From positions 1 through 52,340 of the forward strand of contig DASRWO010000288.1 of the NCBI GenBank assembly GCA_035654555.1: DNA of 52,340 bases, given 5' to 3'. The DNA comes from Candidatus Deferrimicrobiaceae bacterium. Lineage in GTDB: Bacteria; Acidobacteriota; Terriglobia; Terriglobales; Acidobacteriaceae. Position numbers and translations under genes: made by a program. Positions 1 to 9,532 of this stretch are shown one piece after another; the stretch's first letter is position 1; each line of letters opens with the position of its first letter. Below the pieces are notes generated by a model that did not search any database, had not been told where the DNA came from, and worked only from the letters and a program-made list of their open reading frames with translations.

Positions 1-1128
1 AACAATGCCGGCCAGATGTATCCCGACCAAAGCCTGTATCCGGCGGATAGCGTTCCCAATCTTTGCCGGCGCATCAACAACGCATTGCAGCGCGCCGATC
101 AGGTTCATCATGCGGAGGGCAAAGTTGCACCGGGCCAAACCTGGTTCGCGCCGCTGGTGGCCGATGCGGAGGCCGGCTTTGGCGGGACGCTGAATGCTTT
201 TGAATTGATGAAGTCGATGATCGAGTCAGGTGCTGCCTGCGTGCATTTTGAGGATCAACTTTCGTCCGCCAAGAAATGCGGCCATCTCGGTGGCAAGGTG
301 CTGGTCTCGACCACCGAAGCGGTGCAGAAATTAGTCGCTGCGCGTCTTGCTGCCGACGTAATGGGAGTGCCGACGCTGATCATGGCTCGCACCGACGCCG
401 ACAGCGCGCACCTGCTGACTAGCGACATCGATATGCAGGACCGCAAGTTCTGCACCGGCGAACGCACTGCGGAAGGCTTCTTCCGCATTCGTGGCGGAAT
501 GGAATCGGCCACTGCGCGCGGATTGGCCTATGCGCCCTATGCTGATTTGATCTGGTGCGAGACCTCACACCCCGATCTGGAAGAGGCGCGCTTGTTCGCC
601 GAAGCGATTCACGCGAAATATCCCGAGAAGATGCTGGCTTACAACTGTTCGCCAAGTTTTAACTGGCGTAAAAAACTCGATGAAGAAACGATCGCTCGCT
701 TCCAACTCGAATTAGCCCGCATGGGATATAAATTCCAATTCGTAACTCTGGCGGGATTTCATGCTCTGAATTTAAGCATGTTTGAACTAGCGCGCGGTTA
801 CAACCAAACGGGAATGGCCGCTTATTCGGAGTTACAGGAAAGAGAGTTTGCCAGCGAACGCGAGCATGGCTACCAGGCGGTAAAACATCAGCGCTTCGTG
901 GGAACCGGATATTTCGACGAAGTGCAGCAAGTGATCAGCGGCGGCTTGGCTTCTACAACGGCATTGAACGGATCGACGGAAGCGGAGCAGTTCGGCGGAT
1001 CGAAACCACTGATCCATCCGCAACACCGCCCTGATGCGGCTTGCCAACCGGTTCTAGGCGATTGCCCGCAAATGCCGGTTCCAATCGAAGTTAGGCCGGA
1101 AGAAATGTTGCTGCCGTCTGGAGACTAG
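1..1128 (+). CDS. aceA: isocitrate lyase, 5' end cut by window edge
   Basis: Frame 1 is open from base 1. The translation contains [13 protein letters not shown] and the ICL signature KKCGHLGGK. It carries a 44-aa tail after the usual GSTExxQF end. Confidence 0.9.
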   Translation, partial: NNAGQMYPDQSLYPADSVPNLCRRINNALQRADQVHHAEGKVAPGQTWFAPLVADAEAGFGGTLNAFELMKSMIESGAACVHFEDQLSSAKKCGHLGGKVLVSTTEAVQKLVAARLAADVMGVPTLIMARTDADSAHLLTSDIDMQDRKFCTGERTAEGFFRIRGGMESATARGLAYAPYADLIWCETSHPDLEEARLFAEAIHAKYPEKMLAYNCSPSFNWRKKLDEETIARFQLELARMGYKFQFVTLAGFHALNLSMFELARGYNQTGMAAYSELQEREFASEREHGYQAVKHQRFVGTGYFDEVQQVISGGLASTTALNGSTEAEQFGGSKPLIHPQHRPDAACQPVLGDCPQMPVPIEVRPEEMLLPSGD

Positions 1129-1159
1129 ACGATTGCATTGAGAGCATCACACAGCGCGA

Positions 1160-1187
1160 GGGTCAACCGCTCAGGTTGGCCCTTTAT
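1160..1187 (+). terminator. Rho-independent terminator candidate after aceA
   Basis: 9-bp stem GGGTCAACC/GGTTGGCCC (one G-U pair), 5-nt loop, then TTTAT. It starts 32 nt after the aceA stop and lies between convergent genes. Confidence 0.5.
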
Positions 1188-1289
1188 CCTTCCCCTTTTA
1201 GCGCGTACGCTCTCGAACCAGTTGTAAACTTGACCCCTAAACAAGCTCAGGTGTTATTGGACCCAAGCCAATTAAGACACCCGCTGAGG

Positions 1290-1535
1290 TCAAGGCTGAT
1301 AGCCGTCGCTTCTCCACTGCCGGTAAAGAGACAACTGCGAGTCACTCCAGTAGGGCCCGCCCGGCGGCATGGATTGGTTGGCCAACGTATCTTCCACGGC
1401 CTGGGCATTGCGGTAATCGTTCGCAGAATTCGACATATACGAATAGTCGTCCAGAGCCACGCCGCCCCTCTTCATGTGATCGATGTCAATTTGTCGAAAC
1501 AACGGTCGGATGTCCTTCGCAAAGGAGACCGGCAT
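1290..1535 (-). CDS. small hypothetical protein (81 aa)
   Basis: ATG at 1535 is preceded by GGGGAGGAC. The translation MPVSFAKDIRPLFRQIDIDHMK...MPPGGPYWSDSQL looks like a globular protein. I do not recognise the family. Confidence 0.55.
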   Translation of the reverse strand: MPVSFAKDIRPLFRQIDIDHMKRGGVALDDYSYMSNSANDYRNAQAVEDTLANQSMPPGGPYWSDSQLSLYRQWRSDGYQP

Positions 1536-1662
1536 TTTTTTTGTCCTCCCCAATGATATTGGATTAGCAACAGGTGCAAATCGCTTGCGCGCCAGACTAG
1601 CACATTGCCGATTCCTGGACATCGCCGCCAAGACGCAACCGGATAGCTGCCCTAAATGTCTC

Positions 1663-1671
1663 TGCTATAAT
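1663..1671 (+). promoter_or_regulatory. extended -10 (TGcTATAAT) candidate promoter for tRNA-Leu
   Basis: TGCTATAAT lies 34 nt upstream of the tRNA 5' end. No good -35 is present. Confidence 0.3.
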
Positions 1672-1704
1672 CGAGGCTCCCCAATGGTTTCGTTTCACAT
1701 CCGT

Positions 1705-1789
1705 GCGGAAGTGGTGGAACTGGCAGACACACCATCTTGAGGGGGTGGCGCCGAAAGGCGTGGGGGTTCAAATCCCCCCTTCCGCACCA
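1705..1789 (+). tRNA. tRNA-Leu (anticodon GAG)
   Basis: 85-nt cloverleaf. Acceptor stem GCGGAAG/CTTCCGC. Anticodon stem CCATC/GGTGG with loop TTGAGGG. Long variable arm CGCCGAAAGGCG. T arm GGGGG-TTCAAAT-CCCCC. CCA is encoded. Confidence 0.93.
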
Positions 1790-2122
1790 ATTTGTCAATC
1801 CTTTACAACCTATCTCAATGTAGTTACCGAGGCCTTGGGGCGAATCGTTAACCACGTGTGATGAATCGTAGCGGCCATAAGTCAGGGTTTCGGACCGAGG
1901 TCTCGCATCAGCCTAGATTCCCGACAGAGGATGTGTCCCGCCTGAAACTTCGATGCCGAATTTTGTGCTATCTGATTCGCCGAGCAGTCTTCGATTACGC
2001 AAGGCAACAGCAGACGAGGACGAGCACGATCACAGTCAGGAACATGGGCGGCCCGTGTTATGGCGGTGGGACGTGCCTGCATGTGACGGCCTCGTGGCTA
2101 AATGCCGGAGGGGCGACAGCGG

Positions 2123-2668
2123 CTATGCCGCTAGCCTTTCCCTCGCCGCCACTTCTTCAAGCATCCGCAAAGTCTTGAATGCATTGTTGAGTGCGCGCTG
2201 TTCGCTTCCTGGCGGGAAAGTCAGTATTTCTTCCGCTCTGTTCAGAATCGCGTGGCGCGCCTCGGTAATTCGTTCCGGCAATTTCGTTTGATCAAGTTCC
2301 ACCGTGGCCGACTGGTAGAGTTGTTGCCATGTTGGACCCGAAGGTGTGGCACTGGGAAGCGCTCTACTTACGGCCGGCCCACTGAAAAGATCTCTGTTGA
2401 ACTGACTCATAAAATTCCTTTTCTGACAAAGAGAAGTGATGGCTGAGCGCTCCTGGGTAACTTGTGGCGGCTCGCAGTTTCCGCAAATCGGCAACGGAAG
2501 AGTCCACGACTTTCCGCTATCCGAGAAAAATGTGGCGTGCACATGTAATAGTTTATTGCGGCACTTAGGGCAATAGATCAACGGTGGCTGTGCTGACAGA
2601 GTGTCGAAGAGTTCGTCGATGATTTCGGATGACACGACCGGACGCGGAGCGGAGAGTTTATCCCCCAT
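2123..2668 (-). CDS. hypothetical protein with CxxC...CxxC zinc-ribbon-like N-part and helical C-part
   Basis: ATG at 2668 has GAGGA 7 nt upstream. CPKC and CGNC motifs are present. The C-terminal half (also startable at ATG 2410) has the pattern LPERITEARHAILNRAEEI. The ORF track extends it to 2818. Confidence 0.5.
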   Translation of the reverse strand: MGDKLSAPRPVVSSEIIDELFDTLSAQPPLIYCPKCRNKLLHVHATFFSDSGKSWTLPLPICGNCEPPQVTQERSAITSLCQKRNFMSQFNRDLFSGPAVSRALPSATPSGPTWQQLYQSATVELDQTKLPERITEARHAILNRAEEILTFPPGSEQRALNNAFKTLRMLEEVAARERLAA

Positions 2669-2842
2669 AATGAAATCCTCACTGTTTGAACCGGCTGGCT
2701 TTCGCAGGAGCCCGTCACCTAGAACAAGGTGCGCGGCGGAAAGATGCGTTGAAAGCTGTCTGGCGATTACCCTAGTGGCTGAAAGGATAACAATCTGTCT
2801 AATATGGGACAATTCCACATATTTTATGTCCGATCGCGCGTG

Positions 2843-3013
2843 TCAATGGCGCGGAGGAGACTGCCGTCCCTCGAGCTTCGCCACTTGATCCTCTATCAAG
2901 TTCAGAAGCACATTAATATTGATCACGAGTTCACGCAGCTTTTCGGAATCAGTCTCTCCGGCTATCTGCTGCCGCAAATCGTGCAATGCTTGTGACCCGA
3001 GCTCCTCTGACAT
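2843..3013 (-). CDS. small helical hypothetical protein (56 aa)
   Basis: The ORF is MSEELGSQALHDLRQQIAGETDSEKLRELVININVLLNLIEDQVAKLE. The SD is weak and the ORF track allows an alternative start at 3052. Confidence 0.4.
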   Translation of the reverse strand: MSEELGSQALHDLRQQIAGETDSEKLRELVININVLLNLIEDQVAKLEGRQSPPRH

Positions 3014-4282
3014 TTTTCCCAGTGGACAACTTTGGAGTTTGAGGGATGCCACAGGGTATTACGAACAGGACGCACCGGCCAGATGACATTAGGGCAGATT
3101 GAGAGAGGACTTTCGTAATAAAAGCTGCCTCCTGCCGTTAAGCACTCCAGTCTTCGGATGCGATTGCTACGATTCGGTGTTCGTTCTAATACGCGGTTTA
3201 CATTACTCGTAGCTTGGTACGACCGCTTCTCGCGCACGTTGAAGTTTGTTATAACTATCCTTCTGCAGCTTTACATTACTAGCCTTATATCACTTACACG
3301 ACGAATCGTTTCTGGTATCTGCAGTTACTATCGTTTAAAATGCAGACATAGTCCGGCTAACATTATCAAAGTTGGACGCGGAACAGAGAAGACCTTCACC
3401 ACGTGGGCTCGCTTTGCGCCCTGGAACGAATTGCTGGTCGCCCGGTGAAGACCTTCGGGGGACGGGCAAAGGCGATCGGCCACGACGACCAGCAAACTGT
3501 TAACTCGCTTCAGGACGCCTTTTTCGCGCCCGATGTCCGCCGACGCGGATTTCTCTTCGTCCGTTTTCGACGAGGTAGATTGAGCCGAGCCTGTAGCTTG
3601 CAGCGAGCCTAAGGTCTCGATTGGAACCTGACGTTCGTTTCCTTCTTCCCATGCCACTCGGGCGATTATTTGCAACACTCCACCGTTAAACTACCCCTCG
3701 CGGCGATCTAAGAAAACAATCTTAGCCACTCAACCTTGTGAGAACAATTCGTCCTGAGGAGGAATTTAGTCTTCGAAGGGAAAAGTAGAAATGAGTGAGT
3801 CGCCGGTCAGAGAGTCGCCTAAGACTTTGGTGGTAGAAGCGCTGGGGCTCATGAATGGCACAGCCCGCTTGGCGCTGACGACTGGGGGCTAGGGGAAACG
3901 TCTAATGAGATGTCTAATGAGACCGTGGCTGATTTCGAAACACGTAAACGTGTTTTTCATCAGAACACGTGTCTGCTGCTAAGGCTTTCAATTGCCTCGG
4001 CCAGAAAAACAGATGGAAAATATGACGGCGCAGTTTGTTGCCTGTCGTTTTTCAGCCGATTCTTTCCTGCCGCAGATTCGAGAAGGATGCAGCACCGTAT
4101 CCGCCCGTAGTGTCCCGCTCAGACATCTACCCGCTTCGCATCTCATCCAACCTGCGGGTGGATACGCCTTAGTTTGTATGCCCGCGTCTGACTGCTGAAC
4201 TTTGTTTTCGAATTTCGCAACTCTTCTTGACAGGGGTCATCGTATCGATTACTCATTAGCTAACCAAAGAGGGTCGTTGTAA

Positions 4283-4927
4283 ATGCCACTCCCCCCTGCC
4301 AAATCTTTCGACACCGCCGCTTTTTTGACTTTTATCAGCCGGGAGAAAAAGGCTGTATACTTTCCCGAGAAGCAGATCATTTTCTCGGAGGGCGAACGCG
4401 GCGACTCGGTCTTCTACATTGAGAGAGGCACTGTGAAGCTGACGGTGACTTCCAAACAAGGTAAGGAAGCGATTATCGGGGTCTTCTCCCGCGGAGATTT
4501 TTTCGGCGAGAGCTGCATCGCTTCAAATCAACCTGTCCGTCTTCACAATGCTGTAACGCTCACTGAAGTGCGGGTAGTGAAAATCGGCCGCTCAGCAATC
4601 ATACGCGTTTTGGTTGGAGGGGGCGACGCGTGTTATGGATTCGTTACTTATCTGCTGGGCCGTAACACGCAAATGTCGACGGACCTGGTTAACAATCTTA
4701 TGGACTCCAGCGAAGAACGACTCGCTCGCGCCCTGTTCTTCCTGGCACAGCCGGGCAGAATTGATTCTGAAGCCAAAGTCAGTCAGCAGACCCTGGCAGA
4801 GATGATTGGTACAACTCGGCAACGCGTTAACGTTCTAATGAAACGTTTTAAGAAGTTGGGGCTCATTGAATACGGACATGGATTGAAAGTTCACACTTCT
4901 CTCCGCAGTATTTTTAGAAATGAGTGA
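4283..4927 (+). CDS. Crp/Fnr family transcriptional regulator
   Basis: cNMP-binding-like beta-roll (FSEGERGDSVFYIERGTVKL...RGDFFGE) plus a C-terminal HTH (SQQTLAEMIGTTRQRVNVLMKRFKKLGLI). Confidence 0.9.
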   Translation: MPLPPAKSFDTAAFLTFISREKKAVYFPEKQIIFSEGERGDSVFYIERGTVKLTVTSKQGKEAIIGVFSRGDFFGESCIASNQPVRLHNAVTLTEVRVVKIGRSAIIRVLVGGGDACYGFVTYLLGRNTQMSTDLVNNLMDSSEERLARALFFLAQPGRIDSEAKVSQQTLAEMIGTTRQRVNVLMKRFKKLGLIEYGHGLKVHTSLRSIFRNE

Positions 4928-5060
4928 TCAACTGTCCGCTTTGTGACTGCGTCGCGTGATTGGGAGTGGTCAAATGGTGGGCGACCCAGGGACGGCAAAA
5001 CCGAGGCGGTTCCGCAGACACCTCTTCCAAAAGAGGCAAGTAACCGAGACGACCGCAGGA

Positions 5061-5100
5061 ATGATGACTTCATCGAACAATGAAGTCTCATTGTTTCTCG
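5061..5100 (+). terminator. hairpin plus T-rich tract, terminator candidate downstream of crp/fnr
   Basis: GACTTCAT-cgaaca-ATGAAGTC forms an 8-bp perfect stem, extendable to about 12 bp with one bulge. It is followed by TCATTGTTTCTCGTTTC. Confidence 0.4.
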
Positions 5101-5210
5101 TTTCACCCCGAACAGCGAGCGAGTGCTGGCGCAACTCTTCTATTGCTGACAGGCGAAGGACTCGAATGTCTTGGTAGTCCTCTGCGCGCGCAGGAGAATA
5201 CAAGTGTTAT

Positions 5211-7235
5211 TTGGAGGGTTCCGTGCAACTCTTGAGGGATTTGTTCTCTCCAGGCAATTTCATGCCTCACGGCTATTGCTATTTGTGGAACACAGGGCTG
5301 GTGCGGCTGCATCTGGTTTCGGACTCGCTGATCGCACTGTCCTACTTCTCCATTCCCGTCACCCTTGTCTTTTTCATCCGCAAAAGACGTGACCTACCGT
5401 TTAGTTGGATATTCGTGTGTTTTGGCGTATCCATTCTGGCATGTGGCGCCGCTCATGGCATGGAGGTCTGGAACCTGTGGCACGCCAGTTATTGGCTGTC
5501 CGGCGGCGTGAAGGCGATTACTGCCTTGGCCTCGGCGGCCACCGCCATATTGCTGGTGCGTCTGACTCCTCCCGCTCTTGCGCTTCCCAGTCCAGACGCC
5601 TTGCGGCATGAAATCGCGGAACGGCGGCTCGCCCAGGAAGCTCTCCATCGGGCAAAAACCGAACTCGAATTTCGCGTCGAGGAACGAACCGCGGAGCTAA
5701 GGAATGCGAATGAGGTTTTAGTCCGTGAGATTGCGCGGCGCCGGCAGACCGAAGAGGAACTACGGCACAGCGAAGAGTGGTCTCGCTTGCTGGTGGAGAG
5801 CGTTCAGGACTATGCCATCTTTATGCTGGATCCCTCGGGGCGAATTACCAGTTGGAACGCGGGGGCGGAAAAAATCAACGGCTACCGAGCAGAGGAGATT
5901 CTCGGTCAGCACTTCTCGATCTTTTATTTCCCCGATTCTGATCGGCGGACGGCGCAAATGGAGCTCGAGACGGCGGCGAGGGAAGGCCGATTCGAAAGCG
6001 AGGCATGGCGGATACGCAAAGACGGCTCACGCTTCTGGGCCAATATTTTGATCACGGCAGTACGTGATCAAAATGGCAAACTCATCGGATTCTCGAAGAT
6101 CACTCGCGATCTTTCTGACCGCACGCATGCAGAAGAAGAGCTCCAGAAGCTGGCCTCGCTGATTGAACACAGCAGCGACTTTATCGGCATCTCTTCCCTC
6201 GACGGTGACGTGCTGTTCCTCAATCCCTCCGGTCAATCCCTGGTTGGGCTAGATGGAGATGAGGCTGTGCGCGCCACCAAGGTAGCTGGTTATATATTCG
6301 AGCACGATCAAGATAAATTCTTGCACGAGGTCCGCCCCGCCGTTCTGCAGTATGGGGAGTGGGAAGGCGAGATGAGATTCCGACATTTTAAAACCGGAGC
6401 CGCGATACCTATGCTGCAGAAAGTCTTCTGCATCAAGGAAGCGGACAGTGATCGTCCCCTGGCTCTGGCGACGATCAGCCGTGACATCACCGAGCGCAAG
6501 CACGCCGAAGACGAGTTGCGCCTGGCACAGACTGAATTGGCACATGTGGCGCGAGTCATGACAATGGGTGAGCTGACGGCCTCGATTGCCCATGAGATCA
6601 ACCAGCCGCTAGCCGCTATCGCAAACAATGCCAACGCCTGTGGACGGTTGCTCGCCTGCCAACCGCCCGACCTGGAAGAAGTTCGGCTGGCTGTTGCAGA
6701 CATTGCCCAGTCTGGCAAAAGAGCGGCGGAGGTCATCACCCGCGTTCGCGCGCTCCTGAAGAAAACAACTACGCCCAGAGACCGAGTGAACATCAATGAG
6801 ATCATCCTGGACGTGCTCGCACTCGTGGCTGGAGAACTGGAAAAGAATCGCATCTCCACACAGACCGATTTGCTTCCAGACTTAACGGCCGTGCTGGCGG
6901 ATCGGGTCCAGTTGCAGCAGGTTGTCTTGAACCTCATTATGAATGGCATTGAGGCAATGACTTCAGTCACCGGCTGGCCGCGCCGGCTGTTGATCCGATC
7001 AAAGATGCACGAGTCCGGCAACGTGTTGGTAGCCGTGCAGGATACGGGTGCGGGACTCGATCCGCAAAATACATCCCATATTTTCGACGCCTTCTTTACG
7101 ACCAAACCGGCGGGGATGGGCATGGGATTGCCGATTTGCCGTTCCATTGTCGAAGCCCACGGCGGCCGCTTGTCACTCGCTCCGAATAAGAGTGAGGGAG
7201 CAATCTTCGAATTCACACTTCCTGCCTGCGCGTGA
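5211..7235 (+). CDS. membrane-anchored PAS-PAS sensor histidine kinase (FixL-like H-box)
   Basis: N-terminal hydrophobic segments follow the motif MPHGYCYLWN. Two PAS-like blocks are present. H-box is ASIAHEINQPL. HATPase N/G boxes are NLIMNGIEAM and DTGAGL...GMGMGL. Confidence 0.9.
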   Translation: MEGSVQLLRDLFSPGNFMPHGYCYLWNTGLVRLHLVSDSLIALSYFSIPVTLVFFIRKRRDLPFSWIFVCFGVSILACGAAHGMEVWNLWHASYWLSGGVKAITALASAATAILLVRLTPPALALPSPDALRHEIAERRLAQEALHRAKTELEFRVEERTAELRNANEVLVREIARRRQTEEELRHSEEWSRLLVESVQDYAIFMLDPSGRITSWNAGAEKINGYRAEEILGQHFSIFYFPDSDRRTAQMELETAAREGRFESEAWRIRKDGSRFWANILITAVRDQNGKLIGFSKITRDLSDRTHAEEELQKLASLIEHSSDFIGISSLDGDVLFLNPSGQSLVGLDGDEAVRATKVAGYIFEHDQDKFLHEVRPAVLQYGEWEGEMRFRHFKTGAAIPMLQKVFCIKEADSDRPLALATISRDITERKHAEDELRLAQTELAHVARVMTMGELTASIAHEINQPLAAIANNANACGRLLACQPPDLEEVRLAVADIAQSGKRAAEVITRVRALLKKTTTPRDRVNINEIILDVLALVAGELEKNRISTQTDLLPDLTAVLADRVQLQQVVLNLIMNGIEAMTSVTGWPRRLLIRSKMHESGNVLVAVQDTGAGLDPQNTSHIFDAFFTTKPAGMGMGLPICRSIVEAHGGRLSLAPNKSEGAIFEFTLPACA

Positions 7236-7867
7236 AAGCCATGAACGAAGTCGCACCTGTGGTTTTTGTTGTGGATGACGACCCGATCGTCTGCGTTTCC
7301 ATGCAAAGACTTATTCGATCTTTGGGTCTTGAAGTCCAAACCTTTATTTCGGCTCGGGATTTTTTGCACGCCACGCGCCCCGATGCGCCGGGCTGTCTGG
7401 TACTCGATGTCCGTCTGCCCGATTTGAGCGGTTTGGACCTGCAACAAGAGCTTGCCAAAGCGAACGTCGACCTCCCCATTATCTTTGTCACTGGTCATGC
7501 CGATGTCCTCATGTCGGTTCGAGCCATGAAGGCCGGTGCTGTGGAGTTTCTAACCAAGCCCTTTCGAGAGCAGGATCTGTTGGAGGCGATTCAACACGGC
7601 ATTGCGCAACACCGGGCGGCGAGAGAACGCCGCGCTGTAATTTCAGAGCTACAGCAACGTCTGGCTTCGTTAACTCCTCGCGAGCAGGAAGTTTTTTCCC
7701 TAGTCGTAAGCGGATTGCTGAACAAACAAATTGCTGATCACCTGGGTGCGAGTGAGAAGACCATTAAGATTCATCGCGGGCAACTGATGCGGAAAATGCA
7801 AGCTGAATCCCTGGCTGATCTGGTTCGCATGAGCGAACAGCTGAAAATCTATTCCCCAAAGTACTAG
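7232..7867 (+). CDS. response regulator, REC + LuxR/FixJ-type HTH
   Basis: ATGA overlap with the kinase stop. The receiver reads VFVVDDD...LVLDVRLPDLSGL...K. The C-terminal part reads LTPREQEVFSLVVSGLLNKQIADHLGASEKTIKIHR. Confidence 0.9.
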   Translation: MKAMNEVAPVVFVVDDDPIVCVSMQRLIRSLGLEVQTFISARDFLHATRPDAPGCLVLDVRLPDLSGLDLQQELAKANVDLPIIFVTGHADVLMSVRAMKAGAVEFLTKPFREQDLLEAIQHGIAQHRAARERRAVISELQQRLASLTPREQEVFSLVVSGLLNKQIADHLGASEKTIKIHRGQLMRKMQAESLADLVRMSEQLKIYSPKY

Positions 7868-8049
7868 AAGGTTGAGACCAAGGCCTGATAGACACGAGGG
7901 CCTCTCGGAGCTACTTTTCTTGCATGTGGAGATAAAGTATGAACGCTTCAAGCCCTGACGCAGTCTCCTTTCGGGTCACAGTAGATCCGCTGGTCCATGC
8001 ACTCTTGTCAGCAAAGTCACTTCCGCACTGGCGGCTGGCCACGACTCCC

Positions 8050-8409
8050 ATGGACGGCCCAATAGCCATTGTGGACGATGACAAGTGGGTTCTGAAATCC
8101 CTCGAACGGCTGGTCAAGTCCGCGGGTTTCAGAGTTGAAACCTTCATTTCCGCGGAAGAGTTTCTCGAGGCAGGTAAGGATTCAACAACCGTGTGCGTCA
8201 TTCTAGACATTGGACTGCCCGGAATGAGTGGACTTGATTTGCAGCGTCACCTGGCTGCTGAAAACTCTCAAGTGCCGATCATTTTCGTTTCAGCGCATGA
8301 TGAGACAGAGATGCGAACTCAGGCCCTGGCGGGAGGAGCGATAGCTTTTCTCACCAAACCCGTCAACGATAAAGCGCTACTCGATGCAGTTGATTCGGCA
8401 GTGAAATAG
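8050..8409 (+). CDS. single-domain response regulator (REC only)
   Basis: IAIVDDDKWVLKSL...ILDIGLPGMSGLDL...FLTKP. I place the start at ATG 8050. The ORF track allows 7939. Confidence 0.8.
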   Translation: MDGPIAIVDDDKWVLKSLERLVKSAGFRVETFISAEEFLEAGKDSTTVCVILDIGLPGMSGLDLQRHLAAENSQVPIIFVSAHDETEMRTQALAGGAIAFLTKPVNDKALLDAVDSAVK

Positions 8410-8537
8410 AACGAGAGGCTGAAATCGAAATAGGGTCGATCTCTTACCCTGGTATGTGTTTCTAAGAGTGCGCTTGGGATCACTCGTCAGACTGTAGACA
8501 GCAAACTGATGCACAAAGACGCAGAAACCCTCGACTA

Positions 8538-9404
8538 ATGGAGAAAGTGATGCCTACGAATAAAGCAAGGGATTATCGCCCGCGCAGTCCGCGAAACCTA
8601 ATCAAGCTTCCGAGCAAAGTTGTAGCCAGATTCCAGGAATCAGAAATCAATCAGATTCTGCAAAGAGGGTTGCGGCTCACCGGAAAGCCGCCTTACGGTG
8701 AAAACCAGGCCGAGATTGCCTCCCTCCAACCGGAGTGCGGGTTGCTGCCAGCGGAGATTGGTCCCAAAGAACCTTGCACCCTCATGGTTGCCGACGATCA
8801 TCCGGTAGTCCGGGAAGGCCTGGTAGCGATGATTGAACGTCAATCCGATATGCGGGTCGTGGCTCAAGCCAGCAACGGACGAGAAGCAGTCGACCAATTC
8901 ATGGCTCGCCGCCCGGATGTCGGAATTCTGGATTTACGGATGCCTGGAATGAATGGTGTTGATGCAGTCATCGCGATATGCGAGAAGGAACCGGCAGCCC
9001 GCCTGATTATTCTCACTACCTATGAGGGTCAGGAAGAAATCTATCGTGCGCTGCGAGCCGGGGCGCTTGGCTATCTTCTAAAAGATGCACCGGCACAAGA
9101 GCTGGTCGAATCCATCCACGCGGTAAGCAGTGGAAGGACCTGGATCCCGCCTGCCGTCGGAGCAAAGTTGGCACAGCGCATCACCGATCGTGAACTGACC
9201 GCACGCGAAATGGAAGTTCTCCGAATATTGGCGGTTGGCAGGAGTAACAAGGAAATTGGAGTGGCCTTCAATATCAGCGAAGCTACCGTCAAAGTACACG
9301 TAACTCATATCCTCGAGAAACTAAAGGTGACCGGACGCACCGAAGCGATCAATGTCGCGGTAAGGCGTGGACTGGTGAATATGGACTCCACAGCAGCGGC
9401 CTGA
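8538..9404 (+). CDS. response regulator, NarL/LuxR family
   Basis: The receiver (MVADDHPVVREGL...ILDLRMPGMNG) plus LuxR HTH (LTAREMEVLRILAVGRSNKEIGVAFNISEATVKVH). About 80 aa at the N-terminus are unassigned. ATG 8784 is an alternative start. Confidence 0.85.
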   Translation: MEKVMPTNKARDYRPRSPRNLIKLPSKVVARFQESEINQILQRGLRLTGKPPYGENQAEIASLQPECGLLPAEIGPKEPCTLMVADDHPVVREGLVAMIERQSDMRVVAQASNGREAVDQFMARRPDVGILDLRMPGMNGVDAVIAICEKEPAARLIILTTYEGQEEIYRALRAGALGYLLKDAPAQELVESIHAVSSGRTWIPPAVGAKLAQRITDRELTAREMEVLRILAVGRSNKEIGVAFNISEATVKVHVTHILEKLKVTGRTEAINVAVRRGLVNMDSTAAA

Positions 9405-9467
9405 CTCAACTCGCCGTCGCCGAATCTCTCTTGTAATTTCGACTGGAATGCCAGCCGAATAACTGCT

Positions 9468-9490
9468 CCGGCCGCCGTATCGGCGGCCGG
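9468..9490 (+). other. GC-rich perfect hairpin between the response regulator and kinase genes
   Basis: CCGGCCGCCG-tat-CGGCGGCCGG forms a 10-bp stem. There is no trailing T tract. Confidence 0.4.
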
Positions 9491-9532
9491 GCTCGATTGC
9501 CAAAAGCTTGATCAGCAAGCAAGGAACACCTA

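Noticed and set aside
1858-2291. Two overlapping plus-strand ORFs (106 and 112 aa) just after the tRNA
   Set aside because: They overlap each other and the better-supported minus-strand ORF, and their composition is Arg/Ser-rich and non-protein-like.
3328-3678. 116-aa minus-strand ORF (GTG start) in the tRNA-adjacent tract
   Set aside because: No SD, no recognisable motif, mixed composition. I could not distinguish it from a chance ORF.
3856-3872. TGGCAC followed by GCTTGG, as a sigma-54 promoter
   Set aside because: The spacing and the -12 element do not fit TGGCAC-N5-TTGC.
4227-4255. TTGACA hexamer 50 nt upstream of the crp/fnr start, as a promoter -35
   Set aside because: No acceptable -10 hexamer lies at 16-19 nt spacing. 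The best candidate, TACTCA, matches 2 of 6 positions.
1790-4282. Integrative element at tRNA-Leu
   Set aside because: I found no integrase, excisionase or transposase ORF, and no direct repeat of the tRNA 3' end by eye. Only a 7-nt TTCCGCA match occurs near 2470. I report the tract as a compositional oddity, not as a mobile element.
6308-7498. 396-aa ORF antisense to the end of the histidine kinase and the start of the response regulator
   Set aside because: It lies fully inside two well-supported plus-strand genes. The translation is Ser/Arg/Ala-rich and low in complexity. This is the typical shadow ORF of GC-rich DNA.
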